Shown here: positions 47,828-59,900 of the stretch, in pieces | Layout of the letters: every line of letters begins with the position of its first letter | Numbering within the stretch: the first letter of the stretch is position 1 | NCBI GenBank assembly: GCA_950097015.1 | Contig: CATNEN010000003.1 | Span: 9,548,001-9,612,000 of the forward strand | Direction: 5' to 3' | DNA from: Macrostomum hystrix | Taxonomy: Eukaryota > Animalia > Platyhelminthes | Length of the DNA: 64,000 bases | Position numbers and translations under genes: made by a program | The notes under the pieces: model-generated | Database searches by the model: none | What the model was told of the DNA's origin: nothing | The model's input: the letters and a program-made list of their open reading frames with translations, nothing else

Positions 47828-49890
47828 CTATCTACCCCTCATTACCTACTCAGCTTGATCTACCCCTCACTAACCTACTCAACTTGATCTACCCCTCATT
47901 AACCTACTCAACTTGATCTAACCCTCATTACCTACTCAACTTGATCTACCCCTCACTAACCTACTCAACTTGATCTAACCCTCATTACCTACTCAGCTTG
48001 ATCTACCCCTCAATAACCTACTCAACTTGATCTACCCCTCACTAACCTACTCAACTTGATCTAACCCTCATTACCTACTCAACTTGATCTACCCCTCACT
48101 AACCTACTCAACTTGATCTAACCCTCATTACCTACTCAGCTTGATCTACCCCTCAATAACCTACTTAACTTGATCTAACCCTCATTACCTACTCAGCTTG
48201 ATCTACCCCTCACTAACCTACTCAACTTGATCTACCCCTCATTACCTACTCAACTTGATCTACCCCTCATTACCTACTCAACTTGATCTACCCCTCATTA
48301 CCTACTCAGCTTGATCTACCCCTCACTAACCTACTCAACTTGATCTAACCCTCATTACCTACTCAGCTTGATCTACCCCTCACTAACCTACTCAACTTGA
48401 TCTAACCCTCATTACCTACTCAACTTGATCTACCCCTCACTAACCTACTCAACTTGATCTAACCCTCATTACCTACTCAGCTTGATCTACCCCTCACTAA
48501 CCTACTCAACTTGATCTACCCCTCACTAACCTACTCAACTTGATCTAACCCTCATTACCTACTCAGCTTGATCTACCCCTCACTAACCTACTCAACTTGA
48601 TCTAACCCTCATTACCTACTCAACTTGATCTACCCCTCACTAACCTACTCAACTTGATCTACCCCTCACTAACCTACTCAACTTGATCTACCCCTCACTA
48701 ACCTACTCAACTTGATCTAACCCTCATTACCTACTCAACTTGATCTACCCCTCACTAACCTACTCAACTTGATCTACCCCTCACTAACCTACTCAACTTG
48801 ATCTACCACCCCTCACTAACCTACTCAACTTGATCTACCACCCCTCACTAACCTACTCAACTTGATCTACCACCCCTCACTAACCTACTCAACTTGATCT
48901 ACCCCTCACTAACCTACTCAACTTGATCTACCCCTCACTAACCTACTCAACTTGATCTACCCCTCATGACCTACTCAACTTGATCTACCCCTCACTAACC
49001 TACTCAACTTGATCTACCCCTCACTAACCTACTCAACTTGATCTACCCCTCATGACCTACTCAACTTGATCTACCCCTCACTAACCTACTCAACTTGATC
49101 TACCCCTCACTAACCTACTCAACTTGATCTACCACCCCTCACTAACCTACTCAACTTGATCTACCACCCCTCACTAACCTACTCAACTTGATCTACCACC
49201 CCTCACTAACCTACTCAACTTGATCTACCACCCCTCACTAACCTACTCAACTTGATCTACCACCCCTCACTAACCTACTCAACTTGATCTACCCCTCACT
49301 AACCTACTCAACTTGATCTACCACCCCTCACTAACCTACGCAACTTGATCTACCCCTCACTAACCTACTCAACTTGATCTACCCCTCAATAACATACTCA
49401 ACTTGATCTACTACCCCTCACTAACCTACTCAACTTGATCTACTACCCCTCACTAACCTACTCAACTTGATCTACCACCCCTCACTAACCTACTCAACTT
49501 GATCTACCACCCCTCACTAACCTACTCAACTTGATCTACCACCTCTCGCTAACCTATACTTAACTTGATCTACCACCCCTCACTAACCTACTCAACTTGA
49601 TCTACCACCCCTCACTAACCTACTCAACTTAATCTACCACCTCTCGCTAACCTACTCAACTTGATCTACCCCTCACTAACCTACTCAACTTGATCTACCG
49701 TCACTAACCTACTCAACTTAATCTACCACCCCTCACTAACCCACTCAACTTGATCTACCACCCCTTAATTACATACTCAACTTAATCCACCCCTCACTAA
49801 CCTCTTCAACTTAATCTACCCCTCACTAACCTCTTCAACTTAATCTACCCCTCACTAACCTACTCAACTTGATCTACCCTTCAATCTACC
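47828..49890. repeat. 28/29/32-bp minisatellite (ACTTGATCTACCCCTCACTAACCTACTCA)
   Basis: Direct tandem repetition; alternating 28/29 units early, 32-bp +CCA variants late. Confidence 0.96.
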
Positions 49891-50926
49891 ACAATCATCT
49901 CCTTAATCTAACGTTGTATCTACCACAGTGTTCGTGTCGATCTACCCCTCGGTCTTAATCTTAAACTTTCTGCATAAGTTATCTAGTTTATTAGTCAAGC
50001 TCATTCTGAGAACAATAAATTCTAATCCACTTCAAACTGGATTGCTTTAATTTTTTGAGCAGAAATAACCATTCCGTCTCGCACCGTTTTTAGCTATCTA
50101 CTCAGAGCCTACTCAGCCTGTTGTAAAACCAGCACTCGTACTGTAGTACAGGCTGTGTGTAAACTGTGGCGCATATTTATGACTAGATATGGTCCAGCTC
50201 TGCTTGCTACAACTGTACGTGACACAAGCAGGTTTGGCAGATGCATTCCATTACAAGTTATTATTTTATATTCTCAGTTGTTTCAATCGCTTTGTTCTTT
50301 TTTCTTGTGCGCAGATTTAGTAGAAGAATCTGCCACTGCAATTAAGAATCGGTTTAGGCGAAAATCTCGGTTTTAACTAATGCTGCGAAAGGTTCGGAAT
50401 AGAAGATAGATTTGAATAGATGCAATTCATAAGCCTCTTTTCATTGTGTTTTCTTTCTCTGTCTATCTGTTTCTGCCTTAAATACTAGACCATGATGCAT
50501 CTTTGTGTGCATTCATATTTAGATAAATGTGTGGCCGTAGCCTGTTGGGCCAGTGCACTAGGCTTGCCCCCCTATGCCCAGCAGTCTGAAAGCAAATGGC
50601 ATTGTGTCTATATATTATTCTTCCACTGCTCTCTCTTCTCTTCTCAATTTTTTTTCGCTTTTCCTATCCACTGAAACTTTTTCGTCTTAAAAATGGTTGA
50701 GAGCAGCCGCTGAGCATAGTCGTGTGTTTCTGAGTTGTTTGAAGCTTGTTATTTCCTTTAACAAATCTTCTGGATTGGTGTTCTAGAATTTTGTCGAAAT
50801 AATCTATTTTTTCCATTGAGAACGCAGATTTTCATAAGCTGAACCGATTTAGCTTGACTTCTTTGAGCACAAGGTATTTTTGAGCATAGACGTCTCCCTC
50901 CACCCTCGGCCTGCGACTCGAGAGTC

Positions 50927-53900
50927 ATGGGCACCGAGGTTGAGGTGCAACTGCAAGAAGCTCTCCTGGCTATCAAGGTAGGAAGATGCTTTTTCAATCA
51001 ATGACCAGCTACCTCCTCTGTCTCATCTCTACCCCTTCATCTCCCCCCTGTCTCATCTCTTCCGCGTCTAATCTCTCCTTTGACTCAACTCTCCCCTGTG
51101 TCATCTCTCATTGTCTGATCTCTCATTGTCTTATCTCTACTCTGTCTCATCTCTCCCAGCCAGTCTCACCTCTCCCCAGTCTCATCTCGCTCCTGTCTCA
51201 TCTCTCCCCAGTCTCATCTCTGCCCTCTCTCTTCCTACCCTCATCTTCGAGTATTTTTAACATCAAGCTGATGTGAAAACGTGTGAAAATCAGTTGCTGC
51301 GTCACTGCCTTCTGGTCGCACAAAGCTTTATTTCTGTACGATATTATTTGACATTTCTGCTTATCCAGGATAAAGCCACGAGAGTTCGCTTCGGCGACAA
51401 TGCCCTGTTCCTCGAAGAGGCTGGCGAGCTACAGAAAGATCTGGAGAGTCAACTCTTCGAGTTGGAGAAGCAGATCTGCGAAGGTGTTCAGGTGAGAACC
51501 TCCTTCTGTTCATTTTTTCTAATCTGATTTCCTCGCTTTCTAACAGGTGTATCAACCAATACCTGTCTAACAGGTTTATCAACCAATACCTGTCTAACAG
51601 GTTTATCAACCAATACCTGTCTTACAGGTTTATCAACCAATACCTGTCTTACAGGTTTATCAACCTACCTGTCTTACAGGTTTATCAACCTACCTGTCTA
51701 ACAGGTTTATCAACCTACCTGTCTAACGGGTGTATTGAAGACCCTGTTTCGAAGAGGTGTATCGAAGTTTGGTAACTAAGGAACCATGCCATTCTTTATC
51801 ACATATATCATATTTTCTACCCGCTCATTATTTCTTATAAAGACGATAAGCAGCTTTCACTAAAAGGATATTTTTCTAAGAATAGAATTGTTTTCAGTTT
51901 TAGTATATTTGATGACTTTCAAACTCGCAGGGCGAGACGGAGGCCCGGCTGCTGAAGGAAAGCGAAAGCATCAAGGGCGAGATTCATCAGAACAAGAAGT
52001 GCGCGAGCTACCTTCAACGCATCGCCTGCTTAGAGGAGGATTTCACCGTGAGCTCATTTAAGAGGCTGCGTTTCTTAGAAACCCGTTTTCAGGATCAGAG
52101 AAAGAATAAATCATGCGCTACTAATTACCTCAAGCATAAATCGTTTCCGAAAAAGAGGTTTCCCTGAAACGACGTTGCCCAGAAACGAAAGTTTTCCCGA
52201 AAAAGGTTTCCCCGAAAGTAGGTTTCCTTGAACCGAGGTTTCCCGGAAAAGAAGTTTCCTCAGAACGAAATTTTCCAGGAAACTAGGTTTCTCCGTAACT
52301 AGGTTTGCCCAGAAACGAAAGTTTTCCCGAAAAAAGGTTTCCCCAAAACTAGGTTTCCCCAAAACTAGGTTTCCTTGAAACAATGTTTCCTCGATACGAG
52401 GTTTCCCCAAAACGAGGTTTCTCCGAAACGAGGTTTCCAGGAAACAATGTTTCCTCGATACGTGGTTTCCCCAAAACGAGGTTTCTCCGAAACAAGGTTT
52501 CTCCGAAACGAGGTTTCTCCGAAACAAGGTTTCTCCGAAACAAGGTTTCTCCGAAACAAGGTTTCTCCGAAACAAGGTTTCTCCGAAACAAGGTTTCTCC
52601 GAAACAAGGTTTCTCCAAAACAAGGTTTCTCCGAAACAAGGTTTCTCCAAAACAAGGTTTCTCCGAAACAAGGTTTCTCCGAAACAAGGTTTCTCCGAAA
52701 CGAGGTTTCTCCGAAACGAGGTTTCTCCGAAACGAGGTTTCTCCGAAACAAGGTTTCTCCGAAACAAGGTTTCTCCGAAACAAGGTTTCTCCAAAACAAG
52801 GTTTCTCCGAAACAAGGTTTCTCCAAAACAAGGTTTCTCCGAAACAAGGTTTCTCCGAAACAAGGTTTCTCCGAAACGAGGTTTCTCCGAAACGAGGTTT
52901 CTCCGAAACGAGGTTTCTCCGAAACGAGGTTTCTCCGAAACAAGGTTTCTCCGAAACAAGGTTTCTCCGAAACAAGGTTTCTCCGAAACAAGGTTTCTCC
53001 GAAACAAGGTTTCTCCGAAACAAGGTTTCTCCGAAACAAGGTTTCTCCGAAACTAGGTTTCTCCGAAACGAGGTTTCCCGGAAACGAAGATTTCCCGAAA
53101 ATAGGTTTCCCCCTTAAATAGGTTTCCCCGAAACGAGGTTTCCCCGCAGTCTCGCCAAACACTGTCCCTTCCCTCACCTACCGTCCCGCAGAAGCTGATG
53201 CACACGGTGATGGCCAGAGCCAAAGCCATGCGGGACAACCCACACGGCGACAAAGTCACCAGCCAGGTGGTAGCCGACTGCTGGAGTCAGGTGCAGCGAA
53301 TGTCGGACCTGACACGGGTGCACACCAAGAATGCGGCCGACTATTATCAGTTCTTCTTCGACTACCGGGACACCTTCATGCGGCTGAAGGATCGCTGGCA
53401 TCAGCTTGAGCACTGGCTCACCGCATTCTCGCCTAAGCCTATTGTGCGAGAGACTGATTCTATTAAAACCTTCATGCAAAACCAGCTCACTGAATTCCTG
53501 TGCCTTTGGCAGCGAGTTCAGACCGTTGTGGCCTCGAGTCGAAGGGTTGTGCCTGTGAGTTCTACCAGTGATATACTACTGCTGATAAGTAGTGGTTAAA
53601 TAATGTTGAATTAGCTAATACTTTTAGGTAAATCTAACATTATGATTCACTCAGATCCCTTCAGATCCCTTCAGATTCCTTCAGATTCATTCAGATCCCT
53701 TCAGATCCCTTCAGATCCCTTCAGCTTCTTCAGATCCCTTCAGATCCCTTCAGATCCCTTCAGATCCCTTAAGATCTGTTTAGATCCCTTCAGATTCTTT
53801 CGCATCCCTTCAGATCCCTTCAGATTCTTTCGCATCCCTTCAGATCCCTTCAGATTCCTTCAGATTCCTTCAGATTCCTTCAGATTCCTTTAGATTCCTT

Positions 53901-56900
53901 CAGATCCCTTAAGATCTGTTTAGATCCCTTCATATTCTTTCGCATCCCTTCAGATTCCTTCAGATTCTTTTAGATGCCTTCAGATTCCTTCAGATTCCTT
54001 CAGATCTCTTCAGATACCTTCAGATCCCTTCAGATGCCTTCAGATTCCTTCAGATCCCTTCAGATCCCTTCAGATCCCTTCAGATCCCTTCAGATCCCTT
54101 CAGATTCTTTCGCATCCCTTCAGATCCCTTAAGATCTCTTTAGATGCCTTCAGATTCCTTCAGATCCCTTCAGATCCCTTCAGATGCCTTTAGATTCCTT
54201 CAGATACCTTCAGATTCATTCAGAGCCCTTCAGATCCCTTCAGATCTTTTCAGTTCCTTCAGATCCCTTCAGATCCCTTCAGATCCCTTAAGATTCCTTC
54301 AGATTCCTTCAGATTCCTTTAGATTCCTTCAGATCCCTTAAGATCTGTTTAGATCCCTTCATATTCTTTCGCATCCCTTCAGATCCCTTCAGATACCTTC
54401 AGATGCCTTCAGATTCCTTCAGATTCCTTCAGATTCATTCAAATCTCTTCAGATCCCTTCAGATCCCTTTAGTTCCTTCAGATCCTTCAGATCCCTTCAG
54501 ATCCCTTCAGATCCCTTAAGATCTGTTTAGATCCCTTCAGATTCTTTCGCATCCCTTCAGATCCCTTCAGATCCCTTCAGATTCCTTCAGATCCCTTAAG
54601 ATCCCTTTAGATTCCTTCAGATTCTTTGAGATCCCTTAAGATTTTTTCAGATTCTTTCAGATCCCTTCAGATCCCTTCAGATCTATTCAGATTCCTTCAG
54701 ATCCCTTAAGATCCCTTAAGATCCCTTCAGATGCCTTCAGATCCCGTCAGATGCCTTCAGATCCCGTCAGATGCCTTCAGATCCCGTCAGATGCCTTTTG
54801 TCTTTTATAATTATTAATCTACGAGTATTTGTTTAACTCGTTAGCTATCAGATAATCACCTTTGACACTATTAAGTACTTAGACATAACTAAAATTCGCA
54901 CTTCCACCTACCTGTCTCAGGTGCAGCAGAGGCTGGAACCAACCCGGCAGCCCCGTCCAGCCCTCCTGCTGTGCCCATTCGAAAATTCCGAAGTCCGTCT
55001 GGATGAGGGCGCCGAGGTGACTCTTCTGGACAATGCCGACAGCCTTCGGTGGCGCGTCTCGGCACAGAATGACGACGGCCAGACCGTGGCCTTCGACGTT
55101 CCATCCATTATGCTGTGGCTGCCACCACCAGACATCAGCGTGACGGAACTGGCACTCAAGTAAGGGGAGGGAGGCTTTTAAGCAGTTGGCCAATTATCCC
55201 CATTAATCCCATTTAGTTCATTCACATATTTCAGAGATTCCGACTGTTGCTAAATGATCCCCTTAGTTGGTAAATAATCCCCTCAGTTAGGAAATTTATC
55301 TCCTTAGCTGGTAAATAATCCCATCAGTTAGGAAATTTATCCCCTTAGTTAGTAAATAATCCCATCAGTTAGGAAATTTATCCCCTTAGTTGGTAAATAA
55401 TCACCTCAGTTAGGAAATTGATCCCCTTAGTTGGTAAATAATCCCCTCAGTTAGGAAATTTATCTCCTTAGCTGGTAAATAATCCCATCAGTTAGGAAAT
55501 TTATCCCCTTAGTTAGAAAATAATCCCATCAGTTAGGAAATTTATCCCCTTAGTTGGTAAATAATCACCTCAGTTAGGAAATTTATCCCCTTAGTTGGTA
55601 AATAATCACCTCAGTTAGGAAATTTATCCCCTTAAGTGGTAAATAATCACCTCAGTTAGGAAATTTATCCCCTTAGTTGGTAAATAATCACCTCAGTTAG
55701 GAAATTTATCCCCTTAGTTGGTAAATAATCACCTCAGTTAGGAAATTTATCCCCTTAGTTGGTAAATAATCCCCTCAGTTAGGAAATTTATCCCCTTAGT
55801 TGGTAAATAATCCCCTCAGTTAGGAAATTTATCCCCATCCCCTGGATGTCAAGGCGGAGGGGCCTGTGTGTGCTCATAGTCAGCGAAATCTTTCGAATTG
55901 GCTTCTCTGAATCTGTGGTCGAAAAAATCACTGCCTCAGTATCTATGGACGGTTAAATTAACAATAGCACCGAATCGAACTCCAAACTGCTCGGCAGACT
56001 CGAAGAGAAGTTCCTCTCCCTCTGGGGCAGCTCGGCGGCGCGCTTTCAGACGGTGCTGTGCGAGTACCTCACCCTGCTGTTCCGCCACCTATCGGCGCAC
56101 GACTATGCCGAGTTTGAGAGCCCCGAACAATGGCAGCTACTCAAGCAGGAGGTCCACAATCTGTTCGGCGACGACGATCGCTTCGAGTCGGTAATGCAGA
56201 CGCTGGCGCACTTGGACCGGCGCAATGACCCAGCTAAGCGCGGCTCCAGGAAGCGTGTACTACTAAAGGAGGCCGAGATTGTTCAACTGAGAAGCATGCT
56301 AGCCAAGCTGGAGTCGCACATCAAGTACTGGGAGTCGTTCAGGCGCCAGTCTCTAGCTGTGCGCGGCTCCGAGTACTGGCTGACTGAGCTTGACTGCTCA
56401 AACCCGGTTCTGCACAACTCCATCGCCCTGCTGGAGTGAGTGCTTGTACACTGAGTATTTTTTTATCCAAAAATTTCTGTCCTCATAATGTTTGTTGTAC
56501 TTGTCACTAGGGTCTTCGATAACTATCGCTGAATATCTCGACGATGCTGACGTCGGATGGCCTTGAAAGTTAGTTCATCGTAAAGGAAAGAAAATGGTGA
56601 TCCATATGGTGGCCTTTCACGAAAATCGGTTTTTCGGTTTGGGAGTTATCGTGAAGTAGGCAGTGGGTATTTGAAAATCCCCAGTGATCTTCCCCCCGGG
56701 GTAAACTTCCAGCCACGGGGCTACGCTTGTAGCATTTATTCTATTATTTTCTTGTTTAATATAATTTCTATATAATCTTCTATCATCATTTAAATATTTC
56801 GTTGAGCTTGTAATTCTTGGTTACATCTAAGGCATGGTTTTATCCGTAGAAAATTATATTATTTTGTTGAAAAATGCGTCTGTGGCAGGACACTGCAATC

Positions 56901-59900
56901 CAGCGGCCAGGAGCAGTTGGAGTCACTCATTGCCAAGCTCAACACCTGGCGCATTAGCGAAGCTGCCGAACAACGTCGACATGTGCGGAAACTTCGTCGT
57001 CAGGAGGTACTCGTGGCGTCGCGTACCGCTGGCGGCGATGCTGTCGCCGACCTGCTTCAGTTCCAGCTGCCGTCGCAACGCACTCGACAAGCCGATTTCA
57101 ACGAGGCGGCCGCGGTCAGTCTACATCAGATCGTCGACGAGGCGCACTGGAGCGAACTGTCGTCAGCTGCTTCGTCGTCCGTCCGCGGCAGCGTAGCAGG
57201 CGACGGCAACGGCCATCAGTGGCTGCGATCGCGCGGACTTCAAACGGCCCGGACTGGCACTCGCGAGGCGGCGCTGCAGACCACGGAGCGCGGCCACGCT
57301 GAGCACGCGACTCAGGCACAAATTCCGGCCAGCCATCACAACCATGGCATTCAGGCTGGCTACGCCACCGTCGAGTCCAGTGTTGCCGCTCAGAGGCCAG
57401 TAGCCGCGGATCACGCCAGTCAAACCACGGCAGACGGTGGTCTGTCTAGCTCGGCAGTGTCTCAGCGTCTGGTCACGGAGCAGTCTGGCAGCCAGTTCGA
57501 TAGCCAACGAGTCGAGCACGGTGTACAGACACGGTACACCACTAGTGACACGCTGATGCTGAGTAGCCGCGCCGAAGCTTCGCACTCTGGCACCCAGTTC
57601 AGTCAGACGGAGGGTCGCGAGTACGCCATACAAACGAAGCCGGACACTGGGGAGTCGAGCGTGTTCTTCCAGAGTGTGGCGGTTGACCGAAGCCAAAGCG
57701 TCACCGATCACTCTATTCAAACGTCTCGAGTGCTAAAGGACACGGCGTTGGAGTTTTCGGGACCAAAGATTGTCGAAATCGACTTAGATGAGGACTGGCA
57801 GACAGAGAGAAAAGTTCGCGCGGTTAGCCAGCCTGTCGATAATACCGACAGCGTCGATCCGTTGAAGCGCTTGACAATAGAGCAGCTTAGAGACGAGCTC
57901 TACCAAAGGCTCGTCCTGATTGACAAGTGCTGTCAAGCTGGATTCAAAGCGCCTGTTCGTGACATAGACACCCAGTTTGTTATCTTCCAGTCAGATAAAG
58001 ACTTGACTGCCAAACTGGCTTCCTCTGTAACCGACTCGAGCGTTCAAGCGTCGTCTAGGACAACAGAGGGTCACACCCAGTATGTACTTTTCAAGTCAGA
58101 TAAAGACCTATCGACAATGCTAACTCCAACAATGCGCGATACCGGGCTGCAGGCTTCTAGATCAATGACAGAAGGTCAAACGCAGTACCTGTTGTTCCAG
58201 TCTGACAAAGACCTTACAGCCCTGATAAGTCCAGGAGTTAGAGACGCGAGCCAGCAGGCTTCAAGAACTACTACTGAGAGCCAGGTACAGTACGTGCTAT
58301 TTCAGTCCGACAAAGACCTATCGGCACTCGTGACTAGCGAGACTCGAGATGCCAGCCTTCAGGCCTCAAGCCAAACCAGAGAAGGACAGGCACAGTACAT
58401 TCTGTTCCGGTCAGACAAGGACCTGAATACAGTGATTAGCCCAGTTAAGGATGCCAGTCTGAAAGCTGGCAGTGCTACAACTGAAAGTCAGGTTCAGTAC
58501 GTGCTGTTCCAGTCTGACCAAGATTTGTCAACTATTTTGTCTCCTGCAGTTAGAGACGCGAGTCTTCAGGCATCGGCAACAACTCGGGAAGGACAGGCTC
58601 AGTATCTATCGCAACAGGCCGACAAGTACATGAGCGCGCATTTCACACCGACTGTCAGAGACGCCAGCCAACAGGTGTCCACTGCAACCAGAGATGGACA
58701 GGCGCAGTACATCCTATTCCAGTCAGACAAGGATCTGAACGCTCTCATGGCTCCACAACTGAAGGACGCCAGTCTTCAAGCTTCGAGCCAAACAGCGGAC
58801 GGCCAGGCTCAGTACATCCTGTTCCAATCCGATAAGGATCTGGCGACTGTGTCCACCGTTAAAATGCAAGACGCCACAATGCAATCGGCGTCAAAATCTT
58901 CGGACTCTCAAACTCAATTCGTTTTGTTCCAGTGTGATTCAAACGTTAGACCCGTGGTTAAGTACTCAGACTTCAGTGCACAGGCTAGAAGCCTGACTGC
59001 TGACACACAAGCTCAGTACATTGTGGTCCAATCTGACAAGGATGTCAGTGCGCTTGCAGTTGGAATAAATGCCGCTGTTAGTAAAAATGCATCTGGAGCC
59101 TCTACAGATCAAGCCTCACAATATCTTCTTTTCCAAGCCAGTAAGCAGCTATCCGCATTCGTAGAGTCAGTGACCACTGAAACACAGGCTGCTGCTGACG
59201 CCAACGACAAGGAGACACAATTTATTTTGTTCAGCGCAGAAAATTTGAAAACTGAAAAGCCTCAGACTCGGGATTCGGAGACTCAGTTCATACTATTCGA
59301 GTCGAATCCGACACTGACCTCCAAACTAATTGGTCGAGACGCCCAGTCGCAGACAGTCAAACTAAAGCACGAGTACCTAGTGTTCCACACGCCACAGGGT
59401 GCTTCTGCAGCAACTGCAACTTCGCCGCTCAGACAAGCGGACTCGGCGGCGCAGTACCAGGCACCTGGCGTAGATCGGGAGGACCAGACTGCCGCAGAGG
59501 ATTTGTCTGACGCCGAGACCCAGTGTGTTCCGAGACTGATGAGAGACAGCCAGGGCGGTTATTGCCTGGCTCTGAACCAGGCTGATGCTCTCATTCGAGG
59601 CAAGCAGGTTAGTGAAGCGGAGGCCCAGTCTTACCTGACTCGCATGGCCGATGGTGTTGTTGTGGCTCGAGTTGCTAAAATGGAGACAAGCGACTTCCAG
59701 CAACAGGTGCATGGTAGCCGCAGTCAGGTTGGAGGTCTCAGAGATGCCGGATGCCAGTTTGAACTGTTCTCATCCGACAAGCAGGTAGCAAATTGCATCC
59801 TCAGCAATGCGTCTCAGGCTACAGCTACAGAGGAGGACGTCTTTTCAAAGTTCGCAATTTTCGAAAGCCAACCCAAGCTGGAGATTACTCGGCCTAGGCT

